Source: Balanoglossus misakiensis (lineage: Eukaryota; Animalia; Hemichordata). From it: a stretch of DNA of 64,000 nt. Where the stretch lies: positions 395,690 through 459,689 of the forward strand of contig CM082595.2 of NCBI GenBank assembly GCA_040954595.2, read 5' to 3'. Below, in pieces: positions 61,639 to 64,000 of this stretch. The stretch's first letter is position 1; the number at the start of each line of letters is the position of its first letter. The notes beneath the pieces are model-generated. The model ran no database searches and was not told the origin of the DNA. It saw only the letters and a list, made by a program, of their open reading frames with translations. The position numbers were made by a program, and so were the translations under genes.

Positions 61639-64000
61639 TCTATGTCTGAATTTGTTTATCAATAGTGTAGACCTAGTGTATGAATATGCGTAATTCAGGC
61701 TTTCTGGGGTGTTCTAATTTAGTTGCACTGTTTTGATCAGTTGCTGTCAGAACCCTGTCCGAGTTTAGTTGCACCAATCTGGTGTAGCTGTTCCCTTGCT
61801 GTCAGTACAGATCTTTCCTTCTACTTTTCTTGCATTTACTGCCACTGAAGACCTTGGCATTTTAGGTAAGGACCTGCCTTTGTTACACCCTCCATGAGCA
61901 GAGGAGTTTCTAGAATTCTGACAGATTCTATCATTGAAATGTTGTCATTATTGGGCAACGTGCCATTTCATTTCAACTGCATGCTTTTGAACAGTTTTCA
62001 ACTTCAGTGTTTAGTCACCGGTGTTGCAAGCCAGAGATTGCTTCAAATTTGGTTGCAACACGAATTTTACAGTGTTACTGATGTTGTATTTATGCAGTTT
62101 AAACTTACCCTTTATCTATTTATTTTGTTTCATTCAGAACCATGTGTATGTGCCTAGTCACAGAGTGCTGTCTCTAATGTATACAATTGTGAGACTGTGC
62201 AACAAATACTACAAGAGAATCAATGGTCGTAATGGAGTGTTCCTCCTGGTAGAAAGTAAATAAAGAGCCATTTTATGAGTGTCCACAGAGTGCTTCTCCA
62301 AAGGGCCATGCTGCATTGGATATGGATCCTACCTACACAGATGATCTTGATGGTAAAAAGACAATAAAGGTACTAGTATTTTGTGTGTATATGCGAGAGT
62401 TCAAAACACAGTACTTTCCTTGAAACATATCCTTGGACCAAATCAACAAAACGAAAGGGAAATCTCATTGATTTTATCAAAGCGTAAAACCTCCCTGAGA
62501 CTGAACAAAGTTTAGTGAATCAACAACACTTTCAGGATTTTAAGTTCACCTGGATCAGCTGAGATCAGCCACACTGCCAATCAAGGAGACTCCATGTGCA
62601 TAGATTATATCGTACACATGCCATCAGCTTTCTGTCTATTGAAAGGGATGAATAATTTTCATAGTTTACAACGAGATAGCATATCCTTTCTGATACATTG
62701 TCAGACCGTATCGATTATTTTCTGTTTTCAGTCTTATGATACTATTTCAATGCACATTGATTTTTTTTATGTATCTTGTATGCTCCAAGACTGCACTGAA
62801 AGCTGTTGTGATCTGGGCTTAGCATAGAGTACATCACTGTCATGTTGCTAGGGTCACCAACTGCAGTGACTCATCTGAGGAAAGAGACACAGATGTCAAT
62901 CAGAATTGAAGGTGCCTGTTATCATGGCAAACCAGCAGATAAACCAATGATAAAGTTTGAACATTTTTGTTCAGGTACAGAAGAATCTTTTTTCTAATTC
63001 TCGCCACAGTTCCATTAACGGAATCCATCTTTGTTGAGCGACATACAAACTGATGTAACATCTCTCATTTTCTCGGAACTGTACCATCTTGATAAAAACG
63101 AATGATAAGCCAGGATTGGTTTCATCATCTAAATTGTATACTAGACAAAGGCCCAGACTTTTGAGAATTACATTGAAGTTCTTGTAATATCAAAGTTGCA
63201 TGAGTATACATCTAATCAGCAAAACTGACAAAAACAGCACTCAAGAACGATATAAATGGGGGATAAAAATTAATAAAGCCACTGTAATATGTTCTTTCTT
63301 GGAACACCAAGATGTAAATTTTGACCTCTGAACTTCAACCCTTTGACCTCAAAATTTTAAGTTTCCATGAAAGGAAATTAACATTTAAGCATTGATGAAT
63401 GTTACAATCAATCAATTGCAAATGTGAATGTGAAATTTCCAAAAATGATTTGCCATTCAGTTCCAAGAAACCTAGGATCTGCATCGAGTCATTTCACGGA
63501 AAGGTTCGACTTCTTTAGAAAAAGTGGGGGCTATATGCAGAAAGTGGATTCGTTAATAATATATGTAAAGCATGTGATCAATAAAAAATGGCCAAATCGA
63601 TAGAAATCAACTGTCTACACAGCACAGTGCACTTTGAGAATATTATCTGGAACATGCAACACTGCCCGACTACTGCTACTTGTGTTATCATTGAAGTGCA
63701 GAGCCCATATATGTTTACTCCCTAGAGATGCAGCACCGCAAATACACAAGAACTAAAGCCGTGGAGGCAGCAAATTATGAGATTTGTAGAACGGGAGGGA
63801 AATGAAAACACACAACAACAAAAAAGGTCTGAAGCCTTGCATTGGAAGGACTTTATCATATTAGACGGTCTTCATGAAAGCATAATGTTTGGATTGATGG
63901 TGGCACATGAGGTTTTCGTCACAATCTCTATTTTCATCATCAATTCTATTATCATAGTTTGCACTGCTTGCAGATGAGAACAAAATGGATCTTTTCAGAG

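Overview
AT-rich eukaryotic genomic DNA, probably an invertebrate metazoan (GT-AG introns, MITE and SINE relics). The main feature is a multi-exon minus-strand locus (coding about 31092 to 6025; poly(A) signal at 4063-4072). Its exons join in matching phase into a protein of at least 903 aa: an N-terminal NlpC/P60 (papain-fold Cys/His peptidase-amidase) domain, a Cys-studded Asp/Glu-rich linker, and a complete TTLL10-type tubulin polyglycylase (ATP-grasp) domain. The TTLL10 part contains two duplicated 119-nt exons that must be mutually exclusive. The junction between the two halves is ambiguous: a stop codon overlaps the splice donor, and a candidate internal promoter lies in the intervening intron. 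The left end holds a tRNA-Lys(UUU) gene and a ~2.8-kb foldback-like inverted repeat built from 254-bp tandem units around two minisatellites. I found no recognisable intact coding sequence in 31.1-64 kb. All identifications are by eye and recalled family motifs; no searches were run.
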